This document shows, piece by piece, positions 61,638 through 64,000 of a DNA stretch of 64,000 nt. The stretch is from NCBI GenBank assembly GCA_965218585.1, contig CBDCLE010000004.1, positions 1 to 64,000 on the forward strand. The letters are read 5' to 3'. Under the pieces are notes generated by a model. The model had not been told where the DNA came from. It ran no database searches and saw only the letters and a program-made list of their open reading frames with translations. Every line of letters begins with the position of its first letter. The first letter of the stretch is position 1. The translations under genes and the position numbers were made by a program. The DNA comes from Terriglobia bacterium (GTDB taxonomy: Bacteria; Acidobacteriota; Terriglobia; 20CM-2-55-15).

Positions 61638-63821
61638 ATGGCACAACCTAAGGTTTCAGCTGCTGGAGGATGGGCCGCGGTACGTTATTCCCTCCGCATG
61701 GGCCGCCAGGCCGGCGGCTTTCTCAAGTTATACAGCCGCCTTCGGAAGCGGAACGTCTGTAAAACGTGCGCCCTTGGGATGGGTGGACAGAACGGTGGAA
61801 TGGTCAATGAAGCCGGCCACTTTCCCGAAGTCTGCAAAAAATCCCTGCAGGCCCAGGCGGGAGACATGCAGGCGCCGATCAGCGTCGGGCAACTCGAGGG
61901 GCATCCCCTGTCACGGCTCGAGACGTTCACGTCGCTGGAACTCGAGCGCATGGGGCGCATCGGGTTCCCGATGATCACCCGGGAGGGCGACACCCATTTC
62001 AGTCGTATCGGCTGGGACGACGCACTCGACATGGCCGGGTCCGCGTTTCGAGAAGCGTCGCCTGAGGAAGTCTTTTTCTACTCCTCGGGCCGATCGAGTA
62101 ACGAAGCCGCCTTTCTCATGCAGTTAGTTGCCCGTGCCTATGGGACGGGAAACATCAACAACTGTTCCTGCTATTGCCATAACGCGTCGGGCGCCGCCCT
62201 CGCCGGTGTATATGGATCCGGAACTGCGTCAGTGGTTCTTGAAGATCTGGAACGCGCTGACCTCGTAGTGATCGCGGGGGCGAATCCTCCAAGCAATCAT
62301 CCTCGGCTGATGACGCAACTTGTCAATCTGAAGCGGCGAGGCGGCAAGGTGATCGTCGTCAACCCTCTGCGCGAGCTCGGTCTCGTGCGATTCCGTGTGC
62401 CTTCGGACTGGCGAAGCATGCTCTTCGGATCCGCGATCTCGGACCTGTACCTGCAGCCGCACGTGGGCTCCGACGTCGCACTGTTCAAGGCTTTCTTGAA
62501 GGGAGTGATCGAGAAGGGCGGTTTGGAAAACGAATACGTCCAACGCTACACGGAAGGATGGGCCGAAGTCCGTCAAGATATCGAGGCGACATCCTGGGAG
62601 GACCTGTGTCGTGTCAGTGGTGTGTCGAGAGAGGAAATAGCGTCCGCTACTGAACTGCTGGTTCGGGCCCGACGCGGTATTTTTTGCTGGGCGATGGGGT
62701 TGACGCATCATAGCAACGGTGTCGACAACGTTCTCGGACTGGCTAACCTGGCACTGGCGCGGGGCTGGTTGGGCCAGTCCGGTAGCGGTCTCTTGCCGAT
62801 CCGGGGGCATTCGAATGTTCAAGGTGTCGGATCGGTCGGTGTTGCACCCGCTTTGAAGAAGGGGTTTGCCGAAAAGCTCGAGAAGCTTTATCACCTTGGG
62901 CCGATTCCCGCGCCCGGGATGGATACATTCCGTTCGATCGAGGCGGCGGCAAGAGGGGAGATTCGCTCTGCTTTTCTGCTGGGAGGCAACCTGTTCGCCA
63001 GCAATCCGGATCGAAGTTGGGCGGCTCGAGCCCTCGCCAAGGTCGGAACGACAGTGCATGTTTCCACGAAGCTGAACGAAGGCCACGTCCATGGTCGTTC
63101 CCGGACGGTTCTAATTCTGCCGGCTCTGGCGCGCGATGAAGAAGCCCAGGCGACCACCCAGGAGTCTATGTTCAACCTTGTTCGGCTTTCTGAAGGCGGT
63201 AGCCTGGCGCTTTCGCCGGAAATGCGTTCGGAAGTGGAGATCATTGCTTCCCTGGCCGAGCGAATCCTGCCCCCGGACCGGTTCGATTGGTCCGCGTTGC
63301 GTTCGCATCGGCAACTACGTCACGCGATATCCCAGACTGTGCCGGGCTATGACGCGATCAGACGGATCGACGAACCCAACGGAGGGGAGTTTCAGATCGG
63401 TGGGCGAACGTTTCACCAGCCGACCTTTGAGACCTCGGGGGGGAAGGCAACGTTTCACGTCACTCGATTGCCGGACCTTGAGATGAAAGGTGACGAATTC
63501 CGGATGATGACCTTGCGTTCGGAAGGGCAGTTCAACACGGTTGTTTACGAGGAAGAAGATCTCTACCGGGGTAATACCCGGCGTGACGTCGTCATGCTGG
63601 CCGCTGCTGATGCACGGCGGCTTGGAGTGAGGGAAGGCAACCGCGTGCGGGTGATCACCGAAGCAGGGGATCTGGAAGTCACAGTGGCGATTGTTGATAT
63701 CCGGCCGGGTAACCTGGCCATGTACTATCCTGAAGCGAACACGCTTGTACCCAAACGGATCGATGCCCGTTCAGGCACCCCCGCCTTCAAATCGGTTGTC
63801 GCAAGAATCGAAGTTTCCTGA
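61638..63821 (+). CDS. FdhF/YdeP family molybdopterin oxidoreductase
   Basis: AAGGW, YSSGRSSNEA, NCS.YCH, SNHPR, IRGHSNVQG, RSEGQFNT.VY, Y.PEAN, TPAFKS. Confidence 0.93.
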   Translation: MAQPKVSAAGGWAAVRYSLRMGRQAGGFLKLYSRLRKRNVCKTCALGMGGQNGGMVNEAGHFPEVCKKSLQAQAGDMQAPISVGQLEGHPLSRLETFTSLELERMGRIGFPMITREGDTHFSRIGWDDALDMAGSAFREASPEEVFFYSSGRSSNEAAFLMQLVARAYGTGNINNCSCYCHNASGAALAGVYGSGTASVVLEDLERADLVVIAGANPPSNHPRLMTQLVNLKRRGGKVIVVNPLRELGLVRFRVPSDWRSMLFGSAISDLYLQPHVGSDVALFKAFLKGVIEKGGLENEYVQRYTEGWAEVRQDIEATSWEDLCRVSGVSREEIASATELLVRARRGIFCWAMGLTHHSNGVDNVLGLANLALARGWLGQSGSGLLPIRGHSNVQGVGSVGVAPALKKGFAEKLEKLYHLGPIPAPGMDTFRSIEAAARGEIRSAFLLGGNLFASNPDRSWAARALAKVGTTVHVSTKLNEGHVHGRSRTVLILPALARDEEAQATTQESMFNLVRLSEGGSLALSPEMRSEVEIIASLAERILPPDRFDWSALRSHRQLRHAISQTVPGYDAIRRIDEPNGGEFQIGGRTFHQPTFETSGGKATFHVTRLPDLEMKGDEFRMMTLRSEGQFNTVVYEEEDLYRGNTRRDVVMLAAADARRLGVREGNRVRVITEAGDLEVTVAIVDIRPGNLAMYYPEANTLVPKRIDARSGTPAFKSVVARIEVS

Positions 63822-64000
63822 ACTGGTACCGCATGTCCGCTTCGTTCCGCCTACGAAACCACTTTCGCGGCCATGGGGTCTGGACGTTGAGCGTTGAATG
63901 GACTAATAAACCATTCAATCCTGACTGCTCTCTCGGTGGATATCGGGGGTAATGTGCCACTCCAGATTGTTTGGCGGCGTCACTGTAAGCTCTTCCGGCC

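Overview
GC-rich bacterial DNA, probably Acidobacteriota (inferred from the acidobacterial-type VWA protein, DUF5916, DUF6152, short flagellin and Ser/Thr-kinase remnants). 0-29 kb is periplasmic redox and aromatic catabolism: a Tat-exported PaoABC-like molybdoenzyme, tandem di-haem cytochromes, a MarR/Spy-like operon with a clear operator, serC, ligAB and ligK, a sulfite-oxidase-family enzyme with DUF442, TauE and DUF3179, two DUF6152 + 'W[ST]G.W' secreted-protein pairs, and a CIRCE-preceded solo groEL. 30-43 kb is a flagellar cluster in decay: fliC, flgC, fliF, fliH, fliI and fliJ are intact, while a second flagellin, flgB, fliE, fliG, fliK and an HD-GYP gene are broken by deletions or insertions. 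Mobile DNA comprises five copies of one 814-bp IS5-family element (one truncated), an IS256 with 8-bp target duplication, a group II intron with a WADD reverse transcriptase whose flanks come from different genes, and two REP/REPIN-like families. 45-64 kb holds transport, signalling and metabolic genes with more pseudogene stubs. No rRNA, tRNA or CRISPR array was seen. Family calls come from motif recognition only; no searches were run.
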